Assembly: GCA_965248925.1 (NCBI GenBank) | Contig: CBDFLE010000006.1 | Span: 3,168,001 to 3,232,000, forward strand | Reading direction: 5' to 3' | DNA from: Candidatus Multivoradales bacterium | GTDB lineage: Bacteria; Acidobacteriota; Thermoanaerobaculia; Multivoradales; J023 | DNA: 64,000 nucleotides | Shown here: positions 1 to 10,912 of the stretch, piece by piece | Numbering within the stretch: position 1 is the stretch's first letter | Layout of the letters: each line of letters begins with the position of its first letter | The notes under the pieces: model-generated | Seen by the model: the letters and a program-made list of their open reading frames with translations, nothing else | The model's database searches: none | Told to the model about the DNA's origin: nothing | Position numbers and translations under genes: made by a program

Positions 1-345
1 CGCCAGCAGGCGCCAGGTGTAGGCGGGGAGGTCGGCCTCGCTGTCGACGTCGCCATAGAGCCCGTGGCGGAATTCTTTCTCCGGCTGGGAGCGCACCGCG
101 GTTGTGAGGTAGATCCGCTGGCCCCAGATCACCGGGCTGGAGTGGGCACGGCCGGGGATTGGAGTCTTCCAGCGCACATGGGTGCCGTCTTCGCTATTCC
201 ATTCGAGCGGCGGGCCAGCGCCATCGGCGGTACCCGCAGCATTAGCGCCACGGAAGGCCGGCCAGTTGACGGCGTTGGCTGAGGAGGCGGCGAGCAGCAG
301 GGCGCTCAGCGCCAGGATTCTCTGGCAATGGGTTCTACTAAGCAT
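1..345 (-). CDS. PQQ-binding-like beta-propeller (BamB-like) protein, N-terminal part; runs off the window edge
   Basis: Not in the ORF track. Manual translation from ATG 345: MLSRTHCQRILALSALLLAASSANAVNWPAFRGANAAG...WKTPIPGRAHSSPVIWGQRIYLTTA. Signal peptide plus the WPxFRG and SSPVIWG motifs of this family; GAGGAG upstream. Confidence 0.85.
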   Translation of the reverse strand, partial: MLSRTHCQRILALSALLLAASSANAVNWPAFRGANAAGTADGAGPPLEWNSEDGTHVRWKTPIPGRAHSSPVIWGQRIYLTTAVRSQPEKEFRHGLYGDVDSEADLPAYTWRLLA

Positions 346-357
346 GAAATTCTCTCC

Positions 358-1200
358 TCAACTTTGCCCGTTGTCGGCATCTGCCGGGGTTTTTTCGACT
401 GCGGTCTCAGCGGCTCGCTGCAACACCACTTCTTGGCCCGCATTGCGGAGCGTGACCGTGCTTCCCTGGCCATCCTCTCCGCGGCTCATTTCGAGCTTGG
501 CCGCCGGCATCTCGCGAATTCTGAAGTGGCTCTCGTCGAGAGCTTCGAGGGTCATTTCCTGCGGCCCGAAACTGATCTTGAAAGCCCCGTCGGCGTTGAC
601 CTTGAGTTCGATGGCGAATTCGTTCTCGCCTTCGTAGCGGCCGGCGTAGCTCGCCAGCAGTTCGGCGGGGGCGTCGTAGCCAGTGGGTTCGGGGGGCTTG
701 GCGCCAGCCTTTTTCAATATCGCGATCAACCCCTCGTTGTTTTGCTGGGTGACAGCGGCGAGGGCGCCGTCGAGGGACTCTTGGTTGACTTTGCCGGTGG
801 CGATGACCCGCTCGATGACTTCGGGGTGATCGCGTTGGATCGCCAACATCAGCGCTCCCTGAATACCCTCGGCGCCGTTCTCCACCAACAAGGCCACTAC
901 CTCGGCGTGGCCGTTCATGGTTGCCCAGATAATCGGTTGGGCCTTGTAGAAGGTGTCTTGGCGGTTGACGTCGGCGCCTTTCTCGATCAGGTATCGCACC
1001 ACTTCGAGCTGGCCCTTGTCGCAGGCGTAGGTCAGCGGGCTAGCGCCGTATTGGGTCGTCGAGTCGGCCTCGACACCGCTTTCCACCAACTGTTGGACGG
1101 TGGCTAAATCGCCCTCGCGGGCGGCGGTGAAGATCGCTTCTTCAGCCGCCAGCGAGGATGCCAGGGCGAGGCAGGCGAGCCAGGGAGTGAGCTTGCGCAT
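358..1200 (-). CDS. Secreted ankyrin-repeat protein with a C-terminal DUF3471-like beta domain
   Basis: Signal peptide MRKLTPWLACLALASSLAA; ankyrin repeats (AAREGDLATVQQLVESG, SPLTYACDKGQLEVVRYLIEKGADVN, PIIWATMNGHAEVVALLVENGA); 'LASYAGRYEG' start of the C-terminal domain. Start moved to ATG 1200. Confidence 0.85.
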   Translation of the reverse strand: MRKLTPWLACLALASSLAAEEAIFTAAREGDLATVQQLVESGVEADSTTQYGASPLTYACDKGQLEVVRYLIEKGADVNRQDTFYKAQPIIWATMNGHAEVVALLVENGAEGIQGALMLAIQRDHPEVIERVIATGKVNQESLDGALAAVTQQNNEGLIAILKKAGAKPPEPTGYDAPAELLASYAGRYEGENEFAIELKVNADGAFKISFGPQEMTLEALDESHFRIREMPAAKLEMSRGEDGQGSTVTLRNAGQEVVLQRAAETAVEKTPADADNGQS

Positions 1201-1373
1201 GAATTCTCCGGGTGAGTTGGGGACGGTGCAGCACTGCTGCCACTGACCGGCGATGAAGGTGATTTGTCGAGACCCATCCATTCTACGTTTTATTGGGGCC
1301 AAAGATTCACCGGCGAATCAGCTACAATCCGGATGATTTTCACTGCGACCGACTAGATTCCACAGGAGGCCAG

Positions 1374-2735
1374 ATGGCGACATCCGGGGTACCTTCGTCC
1401 GCGCGGCGCGGACGCCCTACACTCCTCTTGCCGTTCCAGGAGTTCTTCCGCAAGGAAAGCTCGAGCGGCAAACTTCTGATGTTCAGCACCGTGGTGGCGA
1501 TGGTCTGGGCCAACTCGCCGTGGGCCGCGTCTTACCACCATCTCTGGCATACCGAAGTCACCCTCGGGGGTGGTGTTTTCCAGCTGACCCAATCTCTCCA
1601 CCACTGGATCAACGATGGTCTGATGGCGGTGTTCTTCTTCCTGGTCGGCTTGGAGATCAAACGCGAGTTGCTGGTCGGCGAGCTGTCCAGCCTGCGCCAG
1701 GCGGCATTGCCGATTTCGGCCGCGGTCGGTGGCATGGTGGTTCCGGCGGTGATCTACACCGCCCTCAACTTCGGTGGCGAGGGCCTGCACGGTTGGGGAG
1801 TGCCAATGGCCACCGATATCGCCTTTGCCCTCGGAATCTTGTCGCTGCTGGGGAATCGCGCTCCCTTGGCCTTGAAGATTTTCCTCGCTGCTTTGGCGAT
1901 CGCCGACGACCTCGGCGCGGTGCTGGTGATCGCGCTGTTTTACACTGACGAGATTTCCTTCGGCTTGCTCGGCGCCGGGATGGTCATCTGGGCGGCGATG
2001 TTTGGCCTCAATTTCATTTTGCGGATTCGCCATCCCCTGCCCTATTTGTTGCTCGGTGGGTTGCTCTGGTTAGCGTTCTTGAAGTCAGGGGTGCATGCAA
2101 CCGTCGCCGGGGTATTGGCGGCATTCGCTATTCCCGCTCGAACCCGGATCAACTCGCGCGAATTCGTCAAACGGGCACATCTCTACTTGCAGGAATTCGA
2201 AGAGGCTGGCGAGCCCGGCGAGAGCACTCTGACCAACGAACGCCAGCGGGCGGCGTTGATGAGCCTGGAGCGGATTTGCGAGAAGGCCGAAACACCGCTG
2301 CAGCGACTGGAGCACAAACACCATCCCTGGGTCAGCTACGTGATCATGCCGCTGTTCGCGCTGGCCAACGCCGGGGTTTCGTTGCGCGGTGGCTTGGATG
2401 CCCTAGCCAATCCAGTGAGTCTGGGGGTGATCGCCGGCTTGGTGATCGGCAAGCAGTTGGGGATCTTCGGTAGCGCCTGGTTAATGGTCAAATTCGGTTG
2501 GGCGAGCTTGCCGACCGGGGTGGGTTGGCGGCACATCTATGGCGCCGCGCTGCTCGGCGGAGTGGGCTTCACCATGTCGCTATTTGTTGCCAACTTGGCG
2601 TTTGATAGCGACGAGCTGCTGCTGATCACCAAGTTGGGTATCTTGACGGCGTCGGTGGTTGCCGGCGTCGCCGGTTGGCTGGTCCTGCGCGGAGCGCCAA
2701 GGGTCGATGAGCCCGAGGAGATCTTCACCGATTAG
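1374..2735 (+). CDS. nhaA: Na+/H+ antiporter NhaA
   Basis: Motifs WINDGLMAVFFFLVGLEIKRE, GWGVPMATDIAFALG, LAIADDLGAVLVIALFY, GVGFTMSLF; AGGAGG RBS before ATG 1374. Confidence 0.95.
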   Translation: MATSGVPSSARRGRPTLLLPFQEFFRKESSSGKLLMFSTVVAMVWANSPWAASYHHLWHTEVTLGGGVFQLTQSLHHWINDGLMAVFFFLVGLEIKRELLVGELSSLRQAALPISAAVGGMVVPAVIYTALNFGGEGLHGWGVPMATDIAFALGILSLLGNRAPLALKIFLAALAIADDLGAVLVIALFYTDEISFGLLGAGMVIWAAMFGLNFILRIRHPLPYLLLGGLLWLAFLKSGVHATVAGVLAAFAIPARTRINSREFVKRAHLYLQEFEEAGEPGESTLTNERQRAALMSLERICEKAETPLQRLEHKHHPWVSYVIMPLFALANAGVSLRGGLDALANPVSLGVIAGLVIGKQLGIFGSAWLMVKFGWASLPTGVGWRHIYGAALLGGVGFTMSLFVANLAFDSDELLLITKLGILTASVVAGVAGWLVLRGAPRVDEPEEIFTD

Positions 2736-2810
2736 TCCGCGGCGACGGCCGGCGGTGCTATGGTGCGCCGCCGGGAGCAAACCCCGAGAAGAACCCTTGG
2801 AACCATCGCT

Positions 2811-3551
2811 ATGAGACGTCGTCACGAGTTGTTGCCGAGCACCGCCATGGGTCGCCGCATGCACGTTTGGTGCTTCGGCCACTGGGGTGCTCCCGTGTTG
2901 ATTTTCCCCTCGGCGGCGGGATTCGCCCACGAGTGGGACCGGCAAGGAATGGTCGAGGCATTGCAGCCGTTGATCGAGGGCGGCAAGATCAAGCTCTACT
3001 GTCCGGAATCCAATGTCGCCGAAAGCTGGACGCGTAAGCAGGGCCACCCCATCGAGCGCTTGCAGCGCCACCAGGCTTATGAGCATTTCGTGCTCGACGA
3101 GCTGGTGCCGTGGATTCGTCACGACTGCAACTCGGAGGAGATCCGCATCGGCGCCAGCGGTTGCAGTCTGGGTGCCTTCTACGCCGCCAATTTCGCCCTT
3201 AAACATTCGCGACTATTTCACTATGCCTTGTGCTTGAGCGGTCGCTACGAGGCCAGCCAGTTTCTCGATGGCTTCTCTAATACCGAGGTCTACTTCAACA
3301 ACCCGATGGCCTACCTCAGCAACCTCGAGGGCGACGCTCTCGAAGAAGTGCGGGCCAATACCCATTTGACCCTGGTCTGTGGCCAAGGAGCGTGGGAAGA
3401 GGGCTGCATCGAAGAGACTCACTTGTTGGCCAACATTCTCGAGGCTAAGGGGATTCCCCATTATCGCGACATTTGGGGCCACGATGTCAGCCACGATTGG
3501 GCTTGGTGGCGCCGGCAGGCGGTCTTTCATCTGGGTAAGGCTTTTGGCTAG
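2811..3551 (+). CDS. Esterase family alpha/beta hydrolase
   Basis: Nucleophile elbow GCSLGA, FGHWGAPVLIFP, YFNNP and C-terminal WGHDVSHDWAWW. Confidence 0.85.
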   Translation: MRRRHELLPSTAMGRRMHVWCFGHWGAPVLIFPSAAGFAHEWDRQGMVEALQPLIEGGKIKLYCPESNVAESWTRKQGHPIERLQRHQAYEHFVLDELVPWIRHDCNSEEIRIGASGCSLGAFYAANFALKHSRLFHYALCLSGRYEASQFLDGFSNTEVYFNNPMAYLSNLEGDALEEVRANTHLTLVCGQGAWEEGCIEETHLLANILEAKGIPHYRDIWGHDVSHDWAWWRRQAVFHLGKAFG

Positions 3552-3715
3552 CCCAGCTCGGCGGCGACGATCAGCCGATCGGTTGGGTCGCCTTGCAGCT
3601 GTAGGGCGAGTTCCTGAAGGCCGTCGAATAGGCAGCTGTTCTCGACCGGCGCGATAGGATCCTGCCGACTGCTCGCCCGAGCTTCGATTCATCTCACCAA
3701 CCACTGGGGGACGCT

Positions 3716-5134
3716 TTGAGAGAGTATCTGCAACACTACGTCGATGGTCAGTGGGCCGAGCCCACCACCGATGCCACGATCGAGGTGATCCACTCGACCA
3801 CCGAGGAGGTCATGGGCCGGATTCCCGAGGGCAGTGGCGAAGACGCGGGCCGCGCGGTGCTCGCCGCCCGGCGGGCGTTTGCCGGCTGGGCGGCGACGCC
3901 AGTTGCCGAGCGCGCCGAGTATCTCGACCAACTGGTTAGCGGCCTGGCCGCCCGCCAGCAGGAGATCGGCGAGGTGATTTCGCAAGAGGTCGGAACCCCG
4001 GCGAAGATGGCCTGGGCGGTGCAAGCGGGTCTGCCGATCAAGGTGATGAAGTCGTTTGCCGAGCTGCTCGGCGAGACCACCTTCGAAGAGCAGATCGGCA
4101 ACTCGCTAGTGTTGCGCGAGCCGATCGGCGTGGTCGCCTGCATCACCCCTTGGAACTACCCTCTGCATCAGATCGTCGCCAAGGTGGCGCCAGCGCTGGC
4201 CGCTGGCTGCACGGTGGTGGTCAAGCCCTCTGAAGTGGCGCCGATCAATGCCTTCATGCTGGCCGAGGTCGTCGACGCGGTGGGCTTGCCTGCTGGGGTT
4301 TTTAATCTTGTTTCTGGCTACGGGCCGGTGGTGGGTGAGGCGCTGGCCAGCCATCCCGAAGTCGATATGGTCTCTTTCACCGGCTCGACCCGAGCTGGAA
4401 TCCGGGTGGCCCAGGTGGCCGCGACGACAGTCAAGCGAGTGGCGCAAGAACTCGGTGGCAAGAGCGCCAATGTGATTCTCGACGATGCCGATTTGCCCAA
4501 GGCGGTCAGGGTCGGGGTGGGCAACGCCTTTTTCAATTCGGGACAGACCTGCTCTGCTTGGACCCGGATGCTGGTGCCACGAGAGCGTCACGACGAGGCG
4601 GTAGGACTGGCCAAGGAGGCCGCTGAGCGGCTTACCGTCGGCGACCCGGAAGCTGGCAAGGCCAAGCTCGGGCCGTTGGTTTCAGCGGCGCAACGGCAGC
4701 GAGTGCGCGAGTTTATCGACCAGGGGGTGGCGGCTGGGGCCGAGCTGGTCACCGGTGGCGCCGAGCCGCCGGAGGGTTTGGAGACGGGTTTCTTCGTCCG
4801 TCCGACGGTGTTCGCCAATGTGCGTGCCGATATGAGCATCGCCCAGCAGGAGATCTTCGGGCCGGTGTTGTCGATTATCCCCTACGATGACGAGGCCGAT
4901 GCCATCCGCATCGCCAACGACACTCAATTCGGCCTGCATGGCGCGGTCTGGTCGGCCGACGCGGAGCGTGCTCAGCGGGTAGCGCGGCAGTTGCGCACCG
5001 GCCAGGTCGACATCAACGGCGGCGCCTTCAATCACCGGGCCCCCTTCGGTGGCTACAAGCGCTCCGGCAACGGCCGCGAGTACGGCAAATACGGCCTCGA
5101 GGAGTTCTTGGAGATCAAGTCCTTGCAGCTGTGA
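3716..5134 (+). CDS. Aldehyde dehydrogenase family protein
   Basis: ITPWNYP, FTGST, catalytic ELGGKS and [25 protein letters not shown]. Confidence 0.95.
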   Translation: MREYLQHYVDGQWAEPTTDATIEVIHSTTEEVMGRIPEGSGEDAGRAVLAARRAFAGWAATPVAERAEYLDQLVSGLAARQQEIGEVISQEVGTPAKMAWAVQAGLPIKVMKSFAELLGETTFEEQIGNSLVLREPIGVVACITPWNYPLHQIVAKVAPALAAGCTVVVKPSEVAPINAFMLAEVVDAVGLPAGVFNLVSGYGPVVGEALASHPEVDMVSFTGSTRAGIRVAQVAATTVKRVAQELGGKSANVILDDADLPKAVRVGVGNAFFNSGQTCSAWTRMLVPRERHDEAVGLAKEAAERLTVGDPEAGKAKLGPLVSAAQRQRVREFIDQGVAAGAELVTGGAEPPEGLETGFFVRPTVFANVRADMSIAQQEIFGPVLSIIPYDDEADAIRIANDTQFGLHGAVWSADAERAQRVARQLRTGQVDINGGAFNHRAPFGGYKRSGNGREYGKYGLEEFLEIKSLQL

Positions 5135-5274
5135 GGCAGCTCGTCGGTCACCGACTTTCTACCTTTTTGCCTCTAAGTAGGAACTCCGCCTGCGGGAATG
5201 TTCCGGCTGCAAAGAAGGTGATCATGCTCAATGCTCCAGTCTGCGACCAGTCTAGCGGACCTCCCGAGAGGCAA

Positions 5275-6486
5275 CTAGCCCGCTTCTCTAGCCTGGCGCC
5301 GCAGCTCGAGCTTGGCGACGGTCTCGCGGTGGACTTCGTCGGGGCCGTCGGCGAGGCGCAGGGTGCGCGCGCCGGCCCAGGCGTAGGCGAGGTGGAAGTC
5401 GTCGCACACACCGGCGCCACCGTGCGCCTGGATGGCGCGATCGAGCACCCGCAGGGCCAGGTTGGGGGCCACGACTTTGATCATCGCAATCTCGGCGCGG
5501 GCTTCCTTGTTCCCCACCGTGTCCATCATGTAGGCGGCTTTCAAGGTCAGCAGGCGGGCTTGCTCGATCTCAATTCGTGAGTCGGCGATTTCAGCGCGCA
5601 AGGTGCCTTGCTCGGCCAATGGCTTACCGAAGGCGACCCGCTCGCTGGCCCGCCGGCACATCGCTTCGAGGGCCCGTTCGGCGACTCCAATCAGGCGCAT
5701 GCAGTGGTGGATGCGGCCCGGTCCGAGGCGGCCTTGAGCGATCTCGAAGCCGCGCCCTTCGCCGAGCAACATGTTGCTGGCGGGTACCCGCACGTTGTCG
5801 AAGTTGATCTCGGCATGGCCGTGGGGGGCGTCGTCATAGCCAAAAACCGACAGCATGCGCTCGATGGTGACCCCTGGTGTGTCAAGCGGTACCAGGATCA
5901 TCGATTGGCGGCGATAGGGCAGTGCTTCTGGGCTCGACTGGCCCATCAAAATGGCGATCTTGCAGCGCGGATCGCCGGCCCCGGAGGTCCACCATTTGCG
6001 CCCGTTGATGATGTACTGGTCACCGTCGAGTTCGATCCGGGTGCGGATGTTGGTGGCGTCTGAGGAGGCGACATCGGGTTCGGTCATGGCAAAGCAGGAG
6101 CGGATCTCTCCCGCCAGCAGGGGCTCTAGCCACTGCCGCTGCTGCGCGGCGCTGCCGTAGCGCGCCAACACTTCCATGTTGCCGGTGTCGGGAGCGGCGC
6201 AGTTGAACACTTCTGGTGCCCACAGCACCCGACCCATGATTTCGCACAGCGGCGCGTAGTCCTGATTGCTCAAACCGGCGCCTTGGTCGCTGTCGGGAAG
6301 GAAGAGATTCCACAGCCCGGTGGCTCGCGCCTGGCGTTTCAGCACCTCCACGATCGGCGGTACTTGCCACCGGTCGCCAGCAGCGTGCTGGTCGCGGTAG
6401 GTGATCTCGTTGGGATACACCTGCTGGTCCATGAAGGCCTGCAAGCGCTCGCCGTAGTCTTGGGCTCGGGCCGAGGGTTCGAACAT
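5275..6486 (-). CDS. Acyl-CoA dehydrogenase (ACAD10/11, FadE2-like)
   Basis: [63 protein letters not shown]. Confidence 0.95.
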   Translation of the reverse strand: MFEPSARAQDYGERLQAFMDQQVYPNEITYRDQHAAGDRWQVPPIVEVLKRQARATGLWNLFLPDSDQGAGLSNQDYAPLCEIMGRVLWAPEVFNCAAPDTGNMEVLARYGSAAQQRQWLEPLLAGEIRSCFAMTEPDVASSDATNIRTRIELDGDQYIINGRKWWTSGAGDPRCKIAILMGQSSPEALPYRRQSMILVPLDTPGVTIERMLSVFGYDDAPHGHAEINFDNVRVPASNMLLGEGRGFEIAQGRLGPGRIHHCMRLIGVAERALEAMCRRASERVAFGKPLAEQGTLRAEIADSRIEIEQARLLTLKAAYMMDTVGNKEARAEIAMIKVVAPNLALRVLDRAIQAHGGAGVCDDFHLAYAWAGARTLRLADGPDEVHRETVAKLELRRQAREAG

Positions 6487-6522
6487 CGGATCTCCTCGTT
6501 TTGGTGGTTCGACCACGGCCGA

Positions 6523-7890
6523 CTAGTGGCGGGTCAGCGCGGCGGCGATTTCGGCGCCGACGGCTTCGCCGAGGAGGCGGTTGCCGAGCGGGCCAGGGTG
6601 GCAGCAAGGGTCACGGTAGAGGGTCTCCGGATGGTCGCGGAAAACCCCGGTCAGATCTCTAAAATAGATCTGCCGACGGCGCAGCTCTTCGCCACGGGCG
6701 AGCAGTAGTGGATAGCCGGCAACGGTGGCGCGACTCCACAGCCGGTGCGGGTTGTAGAACCGCTGGCGCTCCTCGTTGCTCAGCGGCTTGGTGCCTTCCA
6801 GATGTTGGTTGGGTTGCAGCAGGTGCAAGTAGACGGCGCCGAAGCGCTCGCTCAAGGCCGCCATGCTCAGGGAGGCGTCGCGCCAGATGTCGGCGATTAG
6901 CTGCAAGCAGGGCAGGGATTCGCTCAAGCAGGGATCGTCGAGACTTGCCAGTGAGTCAGAGCGGCTGTCGCCGAGTTCGCTGAGCCCACTTTCGAGTTCC
7001 ACCGACCGAGCTTCTCCGACCCGTACGCGATAGCCGATCATCGCGCGCAGCAGGGCTGAGGTGGCCCAATGTGGGTGCCGCTGAGCAAAGCTGCGTTGAT
7101 ACTCGGTGCGACGCCGGTTGAGCAACAGCTCGGCGGTGGCTTCGATTTCGGCCTCGCTCGGTGAACCACTAGCGAAGTCGACCGCCAAGGCCAGGTAGTC
7201 GCGGTAGGGGAACAAGGGGTGGTCGCCGCGGCTGGCGTCGGAGACACCGAGGGCGAGTTCGTTGAAGCCGTCGAGGTTCACCACCACGTCGAGGGGCACG
7301 TCGAGCAGGATGCATTGGGCTAGCAGGTTGAGCTGTTGCGGTTGTTTGTAGCCGCCAAAGGCCAGGTTGATCAGGCGGATTCGTCCGCGCAGCTCGGGCC
7401 GCAGCTCCTGCAAGCGACGAATGATCGCGTCGCCACCTTCGAGCGCCAAGTTGAGCGCCACCGAGCCGCCGAACAAGCCGACCACGAAGTCCTCTTCATT
7501 CAGTTGACGAAAATCCTCGATGGCCGAAGGGATGCCGAAGGTGTTGATGCGGTTGTGGCTGCGGTACCACTGCTCGGCCGCGGAGTCGGGAAATCCTCGC
7601 CTTCTAAGGGGTACTCGTGAGCCATCGGCTCTCCTGGACCAGCCGAGGAATGGATGCACCACCATCTTGCTGCTGGCTGCGGGCGGTTCAGCAGTCTGCT
7701 GCGAGTCGGCGTCTTGCTCCTTGGCCGACCCATCCGTCAGCTCGTAGTACGAATCGAAAATTGCCCGCTCGACGGGCATCAGGTCGAGCCAACGGACGGT
7801 TACCTCGGCTGCCACCAAGGCTAATAGGGCAGAGACCGCTGACAGCAGCAGCTTGGGGGCGAGTTTGGCCAATGAAATACGGTAGGACAT
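6523..7890 (-). CDS. Membrane-anchored SGNH/GDSL-like hydrolase-fold protein
   Basis: N-terminal TM helix; blocks VGLFGGSVA, NLAFGGYKQPQQ, LDGFNE, LQPNQ and D-x-x-H (YRDPCCHPG). Confidence 0.7.
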   Translation of the reverse strand: MSYRISLAKLAPKLLLSAVSALLALVAAEVTVRWLDLMPVERAIFDSYYELTDGSAKEQDADSQQTAEPPAASSKMVVHPFLGWSRRADGSRVPLRRRGFPDSAAEQWYRSHNRINTFGIPSAIEDFRQLNEEDFVVGLFGGSVALNLALEGGDAIIRRLQELRPELRGRIRLINLAFGGYKQPQQLNLLAQCILLDVPLDVVVNLDGFNELALGVSDASRGDHPLFPYRDYLALAVDFASGSPSEAEIEATAELLLNRRRTEYQRSFAQRHPHWATSALLRAMIGYRVRVGEARSVELESGLSELGDSRSDSLASLDDPCLSESLPCLQLIADIWRDASLSMAALSERFGAVYLHLLQPNQHLEGTKPLSNEERQRFYNPHRLWSRATVAGYPLLLARGEELRRRQIYFRDLTGVFRDHPETLYRDPCCHPGPLGNRLLGEAVGAEIAAALTRH

Positions 7891-7941
7891 CGGTCGATCA
7901 GTGCGCGGCAGAGCTTCGATTTATAGCACGGGAACGGGCGC

Positions 7942-9831
7942 TCAGCTCGCTAGTAGGCGGTGGGTGGCGAGCAGGCGGTCGGCGGAGGATGCCAGGCCGC
8001 CGGATCTCGAGCGTTGCCGCCACAAATAACGAAAATCCTCGGTCAGCTCGACCACCTCCGCCGCCAGGGCGAGTCGCCGCGGGCGGGCAATATGCTCAAG
8101 TCTAGCTGCTGGGCCAAGCGAGCAGCGTGCCTGGCCGATACGCGCCGCCACTGCCAGGGCCTTGGCAACCCAAGCGAGTTCGGCCGCCGCTACTGTGCCT
8201 TCGCCGGCTGCGGGTTGGGCCCTGGCCAGCTCGTCCCCTAGCTCGACTGCGCGCTGCTCGGCTCGTTGCAGATCGCCGCGGCATAGACCACGGTACCGTG
8301 GATGCCGCAGATCATCTTGTGGGAAGCACAGCAGGTGAAAGAGTGGCGAGCCATTCTTGGGCCGCGCCTCGAGTGTTAGGTAGAGGTCGGCGAGGGCTCG
8401 CTGAATCCCGCCCAGGTGTTCGGCCCGGTCGCCAAAGAGCAGCAAGTCCAGATGCTCGGCCCAAGGGGCGGTCAGGGCTTCACCGGCGGTCTGCGTGTTC
8501 CAGGCGAAAGCCGCGCCAGCGGCGAAACCCAACCAACTGACCGCCATCGGTTGCAGGTGACCGTGGTCGCCCCAATCGGTAACCAGATAGCCGCAGGCGC
8601 CTTGCTCTCTGCCGTGGCGAGCTGCTGCGGCCAAGTTCAAGAGAGCGTTGTGTCCGCGTCCGGCCAAGCTGCACCAAGAGCTGGTGCCAGGACAGACGTA
8701 GTGTTCGAGCCCCGAGGCCGCCAGCTTGGCACCATTCTCGGCAAAGGGGTGGTCGGCCTCGTAGCCCCACTCGAGAGCGATGGCGTCCATCGGCAACTCG
8801 GCGATCAGCTCGGGATGTTCGAGCGCGATATCGCCCCAGAACATTATCCGCCGGCCACGATCTTTGGCCAGCCGGTGTACCTGGCGCAGGAAATCGAGGT
8901 AGACCCGAAACTTGCCGCGCTCGGCGCAGGCTGCCGCCGAGCGTCCGCGGCCGAGGTCCAGGGTCTCGTCGAGCCCCACATTGAATAGCCGGCTGCGAAA
9001 ATTTGGTAGCAGCTGATCGTAGAGTTCGGCCAGCAGCTCCAGCGAGCGTGGATCGGTGGCGCAGAGTCCAAAAGGCTCGGGCCGCAGGCTGAAGGGATGC
9101 TCGATGCCTTGGGGACACTCCGCCAACGGGCGGTAAGGGGAGTGGATCAGCCAGCGGTGCCAATGACCGAAGCTGTTCTGGTTGGGCACCAGCTCGATGA
9201 AGCGCTCGGCACAGTAGGCGTCGAGCTGGCGCATGTCGTTGCCAGCGAACGGGCTCCATCCCTTCCAGACCTGCTCGTGGCCAGCGTAGGCGAAGGTGTG
9301 TTCGACATAGAGCTGTAGCTGGTTGATCTTCCAGCTGGCCAGCTGGTCGATCCAGGAGAACAAGCTGTTGAGCTTGGGCACCCGATTGCGGCTGATGTCG
9401 AGCATCACGCCGCGGTGGCGAAAAGCAGGTCGGTCGAGGACTCGCAGTCCAGCGATCGACTCACCCGGTCGCCGGGCGGCGTGCAATCGCAACCACTGAG
9501 ACAAGGTGGCGATGCCGTAGAACAGACCCGCCGCATCGCCTGCCGTGACCGAACAGCCCACGGCTTCGATGCGCAGGCGGTAGCATTCGCTGCCCAGCCG
9601 CTGATCCACAGCGAGCTGGAGTTGGCCCTGTTCGCGCGGTGATTCCAGCAGCTCACACCGATGCTCTGCACAGGCCGCCAACAGCAAGGCGCGGGCGCTG
9701 GCTGGCAGGCTGGTAGTAGCTGTGTCCGCCACGGTGGCCGCCAGCGCCAGCTGAGGTCCGAGGTGAAAGCCCTCACCCGAGCTGTGCAGCTGCCGTGGAG
9801 GTGGCAGCAGGAGGTCTTGCAGAGGAGTCAT
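7942..9831 (-). CDS. Glycoside hydrolase family 20 (beta-N-acetylhexosaminidase-like)
   Basis: DRPAFRHRGVMLDISR, KINQLQLYVEHTF, catalytic acidic pair in NVGLDET, TDWGDHGH. Confidence 0.9.
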   Translation of the reverse strand: MTPLQDLLLPPPRQLHSSGEGFHLGPQLALAATVADTATTSLPASARALLLAACAEHRCELLESPREQGQLQLAVDQRLGSECYRLRIEAVGCSVTAGDAAGLFYGIATLSQWLRLHAARRPGESIAGLRVLDRPAFRHRGVMLDISRNRVPKLNSLFSWIDQLASWKINQLQLYVEHTFAYAGHEQVWKGWSPFAGNDMRQLDAYCAERFIELVPNQNSFGHWHRWLIHSPYRPLAECPQGIEHPFSLRPEPFGLCATDPRSLELLAELYDQLLPNFRSRLFNVGLDETLDLGRGRSAAACAERGKFRVYLDFLRQVHRLAKDRGRRIMFWGDIALEHPELIAELPMDAIALEWGYEADHPFAENGAKLAASGLEHYVCPGTSSWCSLAGRGHNALLNLAAAARHGREQGACGYLVTDWGDHGHLQPMAVSWLGFAAGAAFAWNTQTAGEALTAPWAEHLDLLLFGDRAEHLGGIQRALADLYLTLEARPKNGSPLFHLLCFPQDDLRHPRYRGLCRGDLQRAEQRAVELGDELARAQPAAGEGTVAAAELAWVAKALAVAARIGQARCSLGPAARLEHIARPRRLALAAEVVELTEDFRYLWRQRSRSGGLASSADRLLATHRLLAS

Positions 9832-10009
9832 GATGAGCGACTCTATACTCTTGTTTCCGGATCATTTTGTTTCCGGGTCATTCTTGACAAGGTAGTGCCA
9901 TACTCAGATTATCAAGGACTCGACGTTGTAAGCATGAAGACAGGGGGTGCGCTGGTGGCCCTTGGCGATCTGGCATCTGGTGCCCCAACGATCTAGGGAG
10001 AAGCGTGGG

Positions 10010-10912
10010 ATGAAAGGGAGTTGGCAAAGGTCTCAATCGGTGTTGATTTCGCTACTGTGGCTCCTGCTGCCTGCGATCTGCATGGCGGCCCCGGTATTGG
10101 CAGCTCCGAGCGCTGCCCCACCGCCGGTCGGTGTACGCTTGCAGTTTGAAGTCCGTGATCTGCGCGATCAGCAGGCACCGTTGACCATGACCTCAATTCT
10201 GGTCGCTGGCGCGCGCCTGCGCATGGATGGAGCTTTTTTGGCTGGCGAGGTCACAACCAGCATGATTTTCGACGCCCAAGCGGGCGAGATCTGGTGCATC
10301 GATCATCGCCAGCAGCGCTATTTGGTGCTGGATCGCGAGACTGTCGAAGGGATGGCCGGCATCCTGCGTGAGACCATGGAGGAACTCCAAGCGGCGCTCG
10401 AAGACGTTCCCGAAGAGCAGCGCGAGGTAGTCCGGGCGATGGCTGAGACGCGATTGCCCAAGGACCAGCTCGAGCCCAAGATCAGTTCTCATTGGGCGGT
10501 CGAGGAAGAGGCGGAGCAGGCTACCAAGGCAGGTTATCCCAGCCGCCGATACCGGCTGTTGCACGAGGGTCGCGAATTGCGCCAGCTGTGGCTCACCGAG
10601 TGGCACAACCTCGAAGGTGGCAAAGAGATCGCGGAAGTGCTCGACGCTGCCGGCCTGTTGTTGCTTCAGCTGGTCGAGTCGGGAGAGGAGGAGTTGCTCG
10701 ATCTCGGTGCCGCGGAGCTACTCGCAGCCAACCTGCTGGTTGGTATCACCGGTCTCGGTGGCTTCCCGGTCGAAAGTACCGAGTTGGTCAAGGGCGAAGC
10801 GATTCGCCGCACCACCCTCAAGTCGATAAAGCGGCATCGTGTCGAGCCGGCGTTGTTTGCCTTGCCCGCAGGATATTTGCGCCAGGAACCGAGAATGGGG
10901 GTTTTGCGGTGA
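10010..10912 (+). CDS. Secreted DUF4412-like protein
   Basis: Signal peptide; 'LRMD...SMIFD...IDHRQQRY' and C-terminal 'FALPAGY' typical of DUF4412. Stop overlaps the next start (GTGA). Confidence 0.65.
   Translation: MKGSWQRSQSVLISLLWLLLPAICMAAPVLAAPSAAPPPVGVRLQFEVRDLRDQQAPLTMTSILVAGARLRMDGAFLAGEVTTSMIFDAQAGEIWCIDHRQQRYLVLDRETVEGMAGILRETMEELQAALEDVPEEQREVVRAMAETRLPKDQLEPKISSHWAVEEEAEQATKAGYPSRRYRLLHEGRELRQLWLTEWHNLEGGKEIAEVLDAAGLLLLQLVESGEEELLDLGAAELLAANLLVGITGLGGFPVESTELVKGEAIRRTTLKSIKRHRVEPALFALPAGYLRQEPRMGVLR

Noticed and set aside
328-1107. 259-aa plus-strand ORF and many similar long antisense or alternate-frame ORFs (e.g. 22437..23405, 35073..36065, 42518..43438, 47695..48843, 59739..60719)
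   Set aside because: They are shadows of well-supported genes in high-GC DNA, with Arg/Pro/Gly-rich or motif-free translations.
10492-10908. 139-aa N-terminal extension of the E1 ORF in the track
   Set aside because: It overlaps the DUF4412-like gene in another frame; the GTGA overlap at 10909-10912 gives a better start.
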